64,000 nucleotides of DNA from Epiperipatus broadwayi. Lineage: Eukaryota > Animalia > Onychophora. Within the stretch, counting starts at the first letter, position 1; every line of letters begins with the position of its first letter. The stretch spans positions 6,758,001-6,822,000 of the forward strand of contig JAQFVV010000008.1 of NCBI GenBank assembly GCA_028023455.1, given 5' to 3'. The translations under genes were made by a program, and so were the position numbers. The notes beneath the pieces are model-generated. The model ran no database searches. It saw only the letters and a program-made list of their open reading frames with translations, and had not been told where the DNA came from. Shown here piece by piece: positions 38,280 through 51,900 of this stretch.

Positions 38280-41200
38280 GATTATTTATCTTTTCAACAT
38301 ATATGTGTTCAGGTGTATCAGTGTTATGAGATAGTGTGGAGAGTGGTGGGTTGTGCGAAAGTCTGTGCTTATATACCCTATATATTAAATATCATATTCT
38401 AAACAATTATTATTTATTAAAATGAATAATTATATTTATACTGTGCAAATTTATTATATATTTGTTTTGGAGTCTGTTAATCATGTATTTATGTGAATAA
38501 ATCAATCAACATAACACAGAGATTTATAAAACAAGTTTAACAAATTTATTCCACTTTGCATTAAACAAAACTATATTTACAAAGTTTTACTAAATAAAAA
38601 TCTAACAAAAGGAAAATGACTTAAACTAAAATAAAGATTGAGTTATATATTTCTATTATATAAAATCAGAAAGTAAGTAAACCTTCACTCTGGCTTATAC
38701 ATTATTTATCATACATGTTATAAAATAATATGTCAATCTAGACATACTCCTTATAGTCTAATGAAATCATTTGCTGTCTAAATGAATAAACAATATGGTT
38801 TTAGTAAACGTAAAGAAAAAAAAAATAATACTCAGAATAATATTCTTTAAAAATATATTTTAAGATTCATTCAATAAATGAAATATGAATTTAACAAAAT
38901 AATGTTGATGTTATATTAGATATTTTGCTTGGCACCACTCTCAAAGTTCTTATATGTGTTTCATGTTTTTGTTTTTTTTTAAATATTCATAAAATATAAA
39001 CATTCATCACACTTTGCATTGCTCAATTTGATGTTTCATCTTTTAAAATATGCATTGATTTATGGAAAATCAAAAATATATTAAAACTATTAAAAATATC
39101 ATGAATAGTTGTGATCTCTTTTATCATCAAAAAATAATTTGATAAAATATGAAAAGTAACCATGATTCTTTATTACTTTACTATCAGCATTTACATTCAA
39201 TATCATTTGTATTTCATCTTAATCCATACAAGAAAACCTATCTTACTTTTCTTTGAATAAAACAATACATCAATCCAAAATTATTTATTATTCTTTCATG
39301 AAAATACTATGCTACGCGATGTAAAAACTATTTAAATCAAGATAGCGATAGAATGCATAGGACATGAAGGAATAATTGGAGTAAAGACTCAATAAAATAA
39401 AAATATATTTAATAACTCACATGGAAACAGTGTAACAGAATAGGTACGACTTTTTTGTCCAATACCTTCAGAAATAATGTTCCATCTATCTATTCAGCAA
39501 TTATTGAACATTTAAAAATACAAAACATCAAACACTATCCACTGAAAATCCATAGAAGACACAGGGTTATGTTGATTGTACTTGCATAAAAACTACTAAA
39601 ATAAAATATAGGCTAATTTCCTATCTTCTTAACATATCCTACATATAAGACATCAGGGTTTCATTATTTCTACTTCCCTGTCACTATCGTTTAAAACTTC
39701 AAAATAGATCTAAACAATCCACATCGTAAAATAACTAGCAATATTCCCAATAACAAACATAGTAAACGTATAACATTATCAATCCAAAACTACTATAAGA
39801 AAAGATTTTACGCACTTAAAACTTAGCAACAAATGACTTTGATTTTAAAATGTTAAAATCAATATTCAAATATTTAAAATAATGTATAGTTTATTTAGTA
39901 AAGAATCATGTAAAATTATGAGCATCAGAAAATTATATTAAACTTTGTAATGTAAGACAGAAAAAAATGTATGCATATCTCTTTTTTATGCATAGCTTAT
40001 ATCTCTAATAATAATAAAAATCTATGTGTTATTATTGCACACATACTTATGTTCACACATTCTTATGACAAAAGAAATATCTTTTTAAAAATCCAAGCAA
40101 CTCTTAAAAAAAAAATTAAAATATATATCTCATAAGAATTAAACAATTTTAAATTACCTAGTGACTTTACGATTTGTAAATCACTATTCTGACATCTTCC
40201 GGTCTAATTCAGCATAAAAAATATATATTAATCAAAATTATCATTCATCCAACGCATCAACTATTATACTTTAAAATGTTTTCAAAATTTTTTTCAACAA
40301 AAATATTAAAAAACTTTCCTAAAAAATATTAATATTGTTAGAATAATAAAAAAAAAATTTTAATGTAACCTTTACTATCCTATACAATAAATTCTAATAC
40401 TAAAGTTAGTATATTTAAAATAATAATTAATACTAAAGTTACATAATCTAATCCAATTCAATAAAGTTCAACTAACTGTTCTTCAATACAGTTTAATGCT
40501 TCAAATGTGAACCTCCGCAGTTGCTATGCAATGAGAATTGTCTGAAGTTTTTCCTTGCACAGAGTTCTCCCCTCCTCTCATAGTGCAAATAACAATAGGA
40601 AAGAAAAATAATAAGAATAGTCGACTTTAAAATCGCAGAAAATCTGGAAAATTATTGTTCATCCTGTTCTTGAAAGTCTTAAAACAGTCTTTTATCTGTT
40701 GCTTTCTCAGGATAATATTTATTAATGTGATATCACTTTTTTAAAAATTATTTCTTTAGGTAAGTTTCATTGTTTTCGTTCATGTGAATTCCATCAGTGT
40801 AAAGGAGCATCATCATCAGCCATTTAAAATAAGTTAGCATGCTGCAGAAATAGGCATTTTTCTTTTTTTTTAAAAAAAAAAACATTATTTCATAATGCAG
40901 ATATGTAGTAATAGACGAATTCATATTTGAATATTCTAAAGGTTATTTACATAGCCATGATAATATTTATTTCTATTATCCATTCTGTTCTTTTACCATA
41001 TAGTTAAGTAAAACAAGCTTTTCTTTTTTATATCAAAATATTTACGTATTTTGAAAATTACTTGATAAAGCAATTTATATTCATAATGACATTTGTCTTT
41101 TAATTTTCTTCTTTTTCTGAAAGTTTATAATTACTTTTAAGTAAATATTTCTTTTAAAACTGCTGCAATTTTTAAAAAATATAGACAGTCAATAATATAA

Positions 41201-44200
41201 ATAAAAGAACGATATTTTTTTATTCTGTAACTCACTCTTGAATACTTTTATAAACCTTTCAAACACTTCAGTTTCAGTCTTTTCCAGGTATTTTTCTTAT
41301 TTGAATAATATCTTTTAAAAGTTCTTGAAATTTTACACACAAACATGTTAAATATCAGAGTTCTATTTCCAGATAATATCCACTTTAAACTCCAAAGTAC
41401 TTTACACAAATAATTATAATAGTTTTTAGATAGTACAGGAAAAATTATACTTTTCTCATTTATTCACGTCTTTACTGTTAACTTTCCCATGTACATTATT
41501 TCAGGTTTATATTCCATTAGTTATAATGAACTTGAATTAGGTCTTGAATAGAAATACTAGTAGGAAACTAATTGGGTTTAGGGCAACATTCTTAGTCTAA
41601 CTTAATAATTTTATAATCCCTTAGTCTTTTTTAAAAAATAATAAAATTTTAAAAAAATTGAAACTAATTTATTATTTAAGCAATATATTACTGACTTGTA
41701 ATAATATACAATTAATAATTAGTAAAGTTAATAGTAATTAATAATTAGAAAAGTAAATAATGAATTTACAATAAAGAAGAAAAAATAAGACTAATGAAGT
41801 GTGTGCCCCCATTTATATACCTGCTCTAATTATCATCTGATTGGTTACTTGACCCTCAGCCCACAAATTAATTTATATATTTGTCAATTTTTGTGCCTTT
41901 AAAATTTCAGAAATAAAATTATGAGTCACTAGTTTTTAATAATATGATAATACTTAATTCTAAATCGATTTTATAATTATACTTAAACAAATTAAATACT
42001 TTAAAATAACATTTTAAACAATTCTTTATCAATTTAACTAACACTTAGTTCTAATGTATCCATTTTTAGTTTATCTTTATTCAATTTTTTAAAAAAAAAT
42101 AATTAATTTAATAGTTTCCTGTATTTATTTTTATGATATTCAAATGTTTTCAATTTTAAACAATTCTGAAAGTAATTTTAAAAACTTTCTTTAAAAATCT
42201 TGCAAGCACACAAAAAAATACTTGTATTATTAGTCACATGATCATAATCCCAGACAAAATATTGCAATTTTTGTATTTACTGTCTGAAGTGTAATTAACT
42301 AAATATTTAATTACAAAAATATTATATTATAAAAATAATAAAATGTAATGATAAAATTTGGAATAATAAATTTTGACATTATTTAAACAGTAAATAAAAT
42401 TGAATACATTTGTTTATACCATAAAATATTAAAATTTTTAATAAATAGTTATAATATAAATATAAATCTAATTTTATAAAATAAATTTAATAACTTATTT
42501 AAATATTAAACATTATTTAAAATTAGTTTTTCAACAGCTTGCTTTAATAAGATTTCTACTGCATAATTTTAAATCATTATAACTATGGCCAGTTCTCCCA
42601 ACCATACAAAATTATATTATTTAACTTTTATAATATATTATTTAATGTTTTATAATAACTTTTAAATATGTTATAACTTTTAAATTCATTTCAACAAAGT
42701 GTAGAACCCTATCAACATTACTATAGCATTTACAATACTTAGATTTCTTTTAATTTAAATTTTTTTAAGAAATTGGCTTTTAAAACCTATTCAGACCTAA
42801 TAAAAAGAGTACAATATATATTATAATGGATAAATAGATTCATAAGTAATTTTACTAGAAAGCTCTACTAAATAATAAATCTGGACTTATTTACAATAAC
42901 TAATTGTAATTTAATATTAATAATTAATATAAGAAAATATCAAATAAAAAAGTTATGAATTACAAAATGAAATTATTTCAACTAATAATAAATCTTAAAA
43001 GAAAAGAAATTTATTCAGCATGAATTACATTTGAACACATTAATTGGCATATCAATATTTTGTAATTCAAATAATACTAATAAAAGAAACAAAATAATTT
43101 ATTTAATAATAAAGTAACAATAATGTCATTGTCTTACTTAAAAATATCTAAATTAATACATAAAGTTAACAAACATATATATGATCAACAATCTGAGACA
43201 TTGCCAAAACAAACCAAGCTATCGTTATCACAATACCTAGTATCACAGTAACCTATATACTGAGGGTCATAAAATTAAGCAGTGGGTGACATGTTTGTTA
43301 TATATAATCTTAACTCTTTACTACAATATTCTAGGTAATGGCATAAAAATAACTTCGGAAAATTTTATATATAAAATATTTAAATAATTCTTTATCATTG
43401 CCATATTATTTATAAAGATGTAAACATTACCCATGCTTAAGAAAGTATTCACTATAAAAATGAAGCTAAATATCAATAATATCTCAGTTGCCAATACATA
43501 CAGTATGAGTCAAATCTCATATGTATAAAATAAATATTCATCATCATTTAAACAATCATTATTTAAAATTATAAATATAATTAAATAACACAGATTATAT
43601 ATTTCATAATCTGTACTGAAATTTGACGTCTAGAAAATAAAATAAGCTAACATTTATTACACATGTATTATTATTAAACATTATATTTCAAATGTTTTGA
43701 AAATATTACTTGCATATAGCTTTGATAATTATGCACATAGTGATCAATCCAATATTTAAAAATTGACAATTTAAAATAATTAATATTGGCATGATATTTA
43801 TATGAAAACAATTTATTATAAATAAAAATATTTAGTAAACATTTATAAATTGTTTTACAGTTTTCATTTATTTACGATTATTGTTAACCAAAGTTATGAT
43901 ATGGCAGACGATCTCTTTCACTATAATGGCACTTCATTTTAAAATATAGAATATAGGCTTAAACGAAGATATATAAAAATCATGATTTTTCAGCAATCGA
44001 TGATTATAAGGCAATCCTATTTATAATAATGAAAACATGACTAAGTAGATTATCTATTTGAATCTTGGCTCCCAAATTCTTGGGATAAAAACTTTATTTA
44101 CAAGTTCATTTTGAAGATTTTAAAATCTAATAGTTTTTTTTTTTTAATTCAGCAGACAATGACTTTGTTGAAGTGATCAAAACAGTTTTTTGGATAAGAA

Positions 44201-44849
44201 ATCATTCTTGGCTATTTGCATATAGAACAATAAATAATGCTTTGGTCTATTTAAAAGTATATTTAAAACAAATAATTTTTAATTTTTGAAATTACTATTT
44301 TAAATTAAACACTTGAATTTCTTTTTATTATATTAAATCATTTAATAAGATCTTTTTATTTATAAAAGAGTATATAATACCTTTAAATAATAATAATGCC
44401 AATTTAATATTTTAAAACATCAATGATGCCATATTTTTTTTAATTTAATAAAATTTCTTTCATAAATTTAATTGATCTATACAGCAATAAAATATATTCC
44501 AAAGGAATATAACTTCTTTAATGAGTGTTAAAAGTGCATAATTCGTGATATAATATATATATGTTTATTTAAGTGCATAATTTAATGATTTTTTTTTTTT
44601 TTTACTATTGTTATTTCAGGACACTTTACAAGTCTCACTTAATATCTTAGCAGTTCAGAATATCTCATATATAATAATATTAATAAACTGTTAAGTAATA
44701 ATTTTTTATTGATTTCATTACTTCTGAATCCATTTTTTTTTGTTTTAATCATATAGATTCACATATCCTTTTTCTTCTTTTTTTTTTAATCCTAAAATTC
44801 AAAATTAATGTTGTTATATTTATAGGAATCATTGCTTTTCTTTTTTCAG

Positions 44850-44958
44850 GAACAAACATCTTATTGCTTAAAAATTAGTCTTCTGATTTCTACTGTACTA
44901 TCTACAATAGGATTATTATATTTCTTTTTTCGTCATAGAATCCATTGTGAAAAAGGAG
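44850..44958 (+). CDS. PGAP2: PGAP2-family coding exon
   Basis: ttttttcAG acceptor, GTAAGT donor at 44959. Reads EQTSYCLKISLLISTVLSTIGLLYFFFRHRIHCEKG (cf. DRKSYSWK...YFRHNMYCEAG). 109 nt, phase 0 to 1. Confidence 0.92.
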
Positions 44959-45206
44959 GTAAGTATTTCATATTAATTGTTTAATAAATTTATTTTTATT
45001 TTCATTGGTATATAAATAATTATCAGCTTTAAGATTTGATATTTGTCACATTGCTTCAATGAGAGTTTGTCTATAAATGATATTTTTAAAAATTAAGTAT
45101 TACATATGTATAAAAGTAAAATTTCTTATGTTACCCCATTCCACTGAAATGGTGTCTTAAACTCCTAATTGTAGAATGGGTATTGCAAACTATATTAATG
45201 TTTCAC

Positions 45207-45409
45207 TTATTAAAACAGGCAAAACTCTCTATACGTATTGCCATTCACTGTAGGCCAGAGTAATCAATGGATGCCAGAAGGCTTGTGCATAAAATCCCCA
45301 TCTAGTGCCTACTCATCCAATATCCCCAGACTAGTTTCTGGCTTGTGGCCTTCATCAGTGAAGAGCCATGTTCTCAGATCCAAGGCTCCTCACTGACGAA
45401 GGCCACAAG
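45207..45409. mobile_element. Family A insertion in the last PGAP2 intron
   Basis: Antisense 45207-45370 (intact minus-strand HHR) plus a sense fragment 45371-45409 ending inside a second HHR core. Confidence 0.78.
45323..45364 (-). ncRNA. Minimal type I hammerhead ribozyme (family A), intact core, antisense to PGAP2
   Basis: Reverse complement reads TCTTCA-CTGATGA-AGGCCACAAGCCA-GAAA-CTAGTC-TGGGGA. Confidence 0.75.
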
Positions 45410-45745
45410 AACTACAAAGAGTGACTTATAAACGGTTGTTGTACTATGATCATTATATGGAAACAGATGAAAGTGAATTCATTTTTTGTCTGACTAATAG
45501 ATTAACATTAATACAAGAAGGTGTTATTTGAAATTTATTGAAATGACTAGAAAAACTGAGTTTTTGAAGATCTTTAGTTTATAAATAAACTTTTTTTTTT
45601 TTTTTTTTGCATGTATGTATATTTTTTTGATCATTTTTTTTTTAAAGAAATATTAACAAGATTAAATTTATCAAGTTATAATTAAATTTTTTTATTTTTT
45701 TACTGTAATTTATTTTGACATTTTCAACCCTTTTTTATTTTTTAG

Positions 45746-45897
45746 CATTTAGTTGGTTTTCATTTTGCGAATACCTCATAGCATTTTTTAATATGAGCTT
45801 TCATATGACAGCATGTTGGGATTTTTCTGGTAAGGAAATCATACTAGGAACTCAAGTCACGGAAGAATGTGTAACAAATCATAGTAAAAGAGAATAA
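45746..45897 (+). CDS. PGAP2: PGAP2-family last coding exon
   Basis: ttttttAG acceptor at 45744-45745. Reads (A)FSWFSFCEYLIAFFNMSFHMTACWDFSGKEIILGTQVTEECVTNHSKRE*, with the conserved EY....NM.FHMTA.WDF motif; TAA ends at 45897. Confidence 0.94.
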
Positions 45898-48040
45898 AAA
45901 AAATGGGAGCTTTTAAAATTATTCCAAGCTGGGCTGGTCCCATTGTACAGTTTACGGCTAAGTGGTAAAATAAGAAGTCTTATTTCCATTTTATACTTTT
46001 CTGATTTATTTGTGTAATCAGGATAAATTTTAATATAGAAAATTCAACATATACTTTATTTAGCATTTGTTTTATTTTATTTTTTTTATCTTATATAAGT
46101 TTTATTTTTGAAATGGTAAAAGTTAATGTAAAGGAAGTGTTTTTCCATGTATCAGAAGATGACGCCATTGCCAATATTCAGCTTCCATTTTAATTGTTTC
46201 AGATTTTTATTATTATTCATAAATCTAAAATTTATTTTAATCTTTTCAAAAACAAAATATTTATATCTGTTTAGGTGCTATGTATATATACACACATGCA
46301 TACTCACCTACATATTGTGCATAATATTGCATATATTTAAATATTTAGTTCGAAGTTTAGTAGATAAATAATTCAAATAGTCAATGGCTTAATTAATCTG
46401 AAATTTGGAAGAAATATTTTTTTTTTTTTATTTATCAGTTTTAAAAAATGGACTTACATTAAGATTATGCACAGAAGTTGTTCATTTTTAAAAAAATTAT
46501 GTTCATTCATATTTTACAATATTCTTCTCAAAATGTCATTAATATAGTTTAAATATATACATGCATATTTATAATTTGCCTTCATTCTTATTTTTTGTTA
46601 CTCTTGATAATGTAATCTGTCTTTATTTAAGTTAAGGCTTTTTATGAAAGCTTTTTATTTATATAAACACTTATATATTACACTACAAGGAACCTTATGA
46701 TATAATGATTAACATTTGCCATACCCCATGCCTTTAGTTTTGAATCCAGGTTAAATAAAAGTTGATTTTTTTTTCCAGATTCTAAACAATGTTAGGATTT
46801 TTCTTTGTAGTAACCATCTCATAGCTATCTACTGTTGGTAAATGGGTATATAGCTATTTTTAGCTAGATGATAAAATATGAATTGAAAAGTACTGAAATT
46901 TTTATTAATTGGTACTTGGCAAGCCTGATAAGTTATATTTTTTTTTTCACTAGTCACCCTGGTGTTGGCTGTTTGAGAAACCCTTTTTCTGAAGTTGATC
47001 ATTTAAAAGTTGTTTTACCTATGTATATATAATAGTTTAATTTTACTTTGTACTGGTATATATATCTGTTTGTCTGCAAACTATAATTATCTAAATAAAG
47101 TTGAAACCGGTGCACAATCTGAAATAAGTAATAATTAACAAATGTGATACTAAAAAGTATAAGTGACAACATTTATACAGTATATATATGTGTATTTATC
47201 TGAAGTGAATGGTGTCAAAGTTGTGAGCACAGTTAATTAAACACTTGTAAATTAAATTGCAATAAACTAGTATATATATTAATATGAGACTTGAATCAGG
47301 AAATATATTTTTACATAATCTAGTCATTTTGATTATTATTAATATTAATATCATTTACACCTCATGTTGAGCATAGGAATGAAATTAATTTCTATCACAT
47401 AGTTTGATCTTCTGCCATCTGTTTAATATCATCTCAACTTTCTAAAATTCTTTATTTATAGTTATGCTAGGAATCATCTTTCAGTTGCCATTTTTAATTA
47501 TTAGCATGCTTTTTTTTTTAATCAAAATTTATATTACTTAATGCACATCAAATACATATGTACAGACAAATAATTTAAAACTGATTTGTTAAAAGATGTA
47601 GCTAACATTTTTATTTTAAAAACTTCCAAAATATGAACGTTTTATAAAAGAAAAAGCAATCATTTTTAGTTTAATAAACAGATGAATGGCAGTACATTAA
47701 ATCATCAAACAAAATTATGAATTACAGTACTACAGAAATTTTTAGTTTTTATTAAATATGTATTTTATATTTTTCAATATCCGCCTCCACTTTTCGATGT
47801 AATTTAATATGTAAATTTCAGATTAAAAAAAAAATGGTAATAATCTAGTTGGCTATTTACATTTTTGTCTTTTATTAAAATGCTTTAAACACTACTTTGA
47901 TGTCATGAAAGAATACTGATATGATTAATCGATCATTTGAAGATTTCTTTAGAAAAATAGCGATTTATCGTAGTAATAGTACCTATGATTTAATTTATAA
48001 ATTTAATGTGTAATCTAAAACTTCTTACTATTTAGTAGTA

Positions 48041-48306
48041 CAGGCGGTCCTTGACTTTCATATATTCTACTTTCATACGATTCACTATTTCGTATGAAAG
48101 GTTATAAATAAAGACATAGCATGTTACGGAACTTTTTATCAAAAAAAGAAAAAGAACAGTACAATTCAACTATCTTTTGATAAATTTATAAGCTAATACA
48201 TCTCATTAAAAAATAAAAAAAAATTTTATATTGCTCTACTTTCATACATTTCAATTTTCTTACATATTTCAGGTATCAATTAGGCAAAAAAGTCGAGGAC
48301 TGTCTG
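48041..48306. mobile_element. pogo/Tigger-like MITE (Tc1/mariner)
   Basis: TIRs CAGGCGGTCCTTGACTTT and AAAGTCGAGGACTGTCTG (reverse complement CAGACAGTCCTCGACTTT), TA on both flanks, 266 bp, no ORF. Confidence 0.8.
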
Positions 48307-48419
48307 TACTTTTTTCCCCCCAATTTCTAAACAAAGACCAATTGTAAGTTTTCAAGGTTTCTTTGGATTTCTCGTTCTCCATAGTATACCTTATATTGAC
48401 TTACAAAACAAATTGCTTT

Positions 48420-48910
48420 AGAATTTCAAAGTTCTTTTGATTTGTAAGTGACAGATTTGTTTTTGAATTATTATTTTATTTTTAAAAATTTGTGTAAATT
48501 TTTTTTTTATTGGCTTTTTAAAAAGTGATGGGGAAAAAGAGGGGGAGGAGTGAATGACATCTATAGTATTACCCAATTCAAACAACCTGTTTTGATTTAT
48601 ATTTGATTTTGAAATTTTGTCTTTAAAACTTTTTTAAATTTCTTTTTTATTGGCTTTTTAAAAAATGAGGAGGGAGGGGTAAATTGCATATATTACTTAA
48701 TTCAGACAACTTCTTTTGATTTGGAATTGACAAATTTAGTTTAGAAAATTAGATATCTTTAAAAATTTACATTTCTTTTTTCTTATTGGCTTTTTTTAAA
48801 AAAATGGGGCAGGGAGTGAACTGTATGTATTACCTAATTTAAACAACTTGTTTTGATTTGTAATTGACAGATTTGTTTGGAATAAAAAAATGAGAAGAGG
48901 GAATGGGGAG
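48420..48910. repeat. Degenerate tandem repeat, ~140-150 bp period, 3-4 units
   Basis: Recurring ttattggctttttaaaaa…gggagg…tattacc(t)aatt(c)aaacaac…ttttgattt motif at ~48510, ~48648 and ~48785. Confidence 0.6.
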
Positions 48911-51900
48911 TAATTACTTTATGGACTTTGATCCAGCTACATTCAATGCAAATCCAATCAAGTACTCCTAATAGAAATAAACTGGTTAGCTATGAAACAA
49001 ATAAACAAAAAAAAACTTAATATAAAAATTTATTTTTTATTGATTTGGATTTTTTTTAATTAAAAAGTAAAAAAATAATGCAATCATTTAAATGAAAAAC
49101 AAGTCTATAGTTGCCAGAAACATTTTAAATCAACAACAAACTTTATTTTGAAACTAATTTTTAATAAGTTACAAAAATATTTCTTGTGAAGCCATGGGAT
49201 AAAATGTTTCATTTTTTGACTTTTTTTAAAATTAATTCACATTGAATTTTTAAAAAATAAAAGTTGGTCAAAAAAAAGAAAGATCTGTCAATGAAAACTA
49301 ATATTAAACGATTTTAGATTACATTGTGAATTTATAAATTTAGTAATAGTTGAAACACTTCCTTCTGTACTCTCTATCCTCCACCCCCTTACTTTTTAAA
49401 ACAAAGATATTTAATTCAATATAAATAATAAATACAGCATGTATACTAAGAAATTTCAATTCTAAAAATAAAAATCCAAATTTCCAAGCCCTTTTTTTTT
49501 TTCAATTACAAATGAAAAAAATGATTCTTTGAAATTATCTGCATTTTGTAAATCATGTATTTTTTGTTTCTCTCCACACAACAAGATCTCTCCCACACAC
49601 TCCTCTAGCCCCCTCTTCTTTAAACTGAATAAGAAATTGAAAAGAGAAATAAGAATTTGCCAAAAAAGTAAAAGATCTGTTGTCAATGGAAACTAATACT
49701 AAGAAGTTTTAGATTAAACAATAAATTTAGTCATACTACTTACATAAATCTCCATTTTTGCAAAAATATCTACAATTTCTCGATTAGTCATCCCAGCATT
49801 AAACAAGTGTTTAAAGACTCAAAGAGAAAATTCAAATGTAGATAGATGATTAGATTGGTACCAAAAAATTAATATTTGAATAAGATAACTTATATCATTT
49901 AACAGTGTATTTTTATGTTATTTTAGTTAGTTAATTATTACAGCTAAACATTGCATTTTTAGATCACTTATATTTAGATTAAAGATACATTTTAAGATGC
50001 ACTCAATCTAAGTTAATGTTTACATAACAAAAGTGAAAGGTTCTTTCTTCATTTGTAGTTGATAATGTAAATATTGAGTTAGTCACTGGTTTTTCAAATC
50101 GTAGCTGATTTTCCAACTGTTTTGGGTAATTAATTTTTTAAATAGGAATATTTCGTAGCATCTATCTGATGCTGATTTTATATGTATTATACTATCCATG
50201 TCAAGATAGAAGTCATCATTATCTAATGCACTGATGTACATTAATGAAATCATATTATGTCATTTTAATATCAATCCACAAACACTTAAATAATTTACTT
50301 TTTAAATAACAGGAACCTTGATGAAATTAAAAATTATTACTTAAGTTTTCTTTATGTAAAATTTTTTATTTAATTCAAAAATGAGGCTAAATATTAAAGA
50401 TGCAATTTTTTAACTTCAGATAAAAACATTTATATATATTTAAGTTTATCATATAACATTGATCTAATATTTTAGTCAATCATTTAATCGTTTTATGTTT
50501 CATTCTGTTTCTGGTTTATCAATCTTTAATAATGTTCTTCATTTTCTTTTCATTATCAATACTTTGTTAATTTTAGAGAGATTTTAATGAAAAATAACTG
50601 TTTAAAACAGTAGTATGATCCTTAATATTAATTGTGGAATTCGCTTTAAAAAACAAAACGTGACTAATTCTATGCCATACTGAGTGTACTATTAGTATGA
50701 ATGTTTCAGTAGTTGGAATATTATTTTGACAGTTTATTGTTTACAACAGATATGGCAGAAGATATTTCTTTATGTGTAATGAATTGTATTCGTATATTTT
50801 AAATATTTGGTTTCTCTTGATGCAACATATCCAAGATAATTTTTTCTGTATTTCATAAATATCACAATTATAAAAAAAAAATGGCTATTAAATCATTCAA
50901 CATCACATGATCACCATTTTGTATGCTTATATAAACTGTTCTCCATAAAAAACTAATAATAATAATTGATAAGTTATGATTTCTCTTTTATAATTTTCCC
51001 AATATAATGTTGATTAATTATAGTCTTTTTAACTTTTTTTTTTATTTTTCATTATTATTTATCATTATCATCATGTATCATAAAATTTATTAAAACATGA
51101 AGGATGTCTTTTTTTTTTAACTATAGAAATTTTTTTCACTTTTTTTTTTTTTTTCAATTTCTTGTAATATTACTAGCATAAAAATTCTGCCTTCTCAAAA
51201 TATTGGAGGGAGGGATGAGAATTTATAATGCTTATAATTAATATTTGTGTTTTATATCAAAATTTTATAATAGTAAATATATGCATGTTCTTACACATAT
51301 GTTTATTAAGAGTACTTTGTTTTATCACATCAGTTACAAAATAAATTAATTTTAAAAAAAAAAAGTTTATGTTGAAAATACCTTAGTGTAAAGCAGTTAT
51401 TTGTTTAAACTATTATTTATAATAAAACATATAATTTCTTCAAGAACAACTGTACAAACTATAGAAATGACAGATAAAGGGTTAAATTAACCATATCAGT
51501 AACATAGATAAAAATAGAAATAGGTTAATTTCACTGACTTTTTGCATGCAGTAACTAATATGTGTTTGCATACATATGTACATAGTCAGAATAATAAATC
51601 ATTAAGTACAATTGTGATTTATAAACAGTTGACAAACTAAAAAAAAATGCTCATTTACTAATTAAACATTATTGCCTTCATTCTAATAAGATTTATTTTA
51701 TTATTAGAATGAGAAAACCTAATTATTGCTCGTATAAGTTTTCTCTAGATTCATGCCATCAATTAAACTAACCAATGTATTGCTTGCCTATATTAAACAA
51801 TGGAAATATACTTATCACTTTTTATAATGCAACCCTTAAATAGTTCTTGAATGTTACTAATTACTGTTATACCCCAAGAAAAAATTCCCATATCCCATAG

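Larger units (their letters stand above)
37698..38390 (+). mobile_element. Family B HHR-bearing element, 1.5 tandem units
   Basis: 37698-~37915 repeats near-identically at 38170-~38390. HHR cores at 37767 and 38241 are 474 nt apart. No ORF. Confidence 0.85.

Noticed and set aside
42575-42900. Penelope RT motif (TMASSPNH resembling AMGSPLSP)
   Set aside because: Similarity too weak, no following YxDD motif, and multiple stops.
45898-47300. PGAP2 polyadenylation site
   Set aside because: Several AATAAA hexamers occur in AT-rich sequence; none can be singled out without transcript data.
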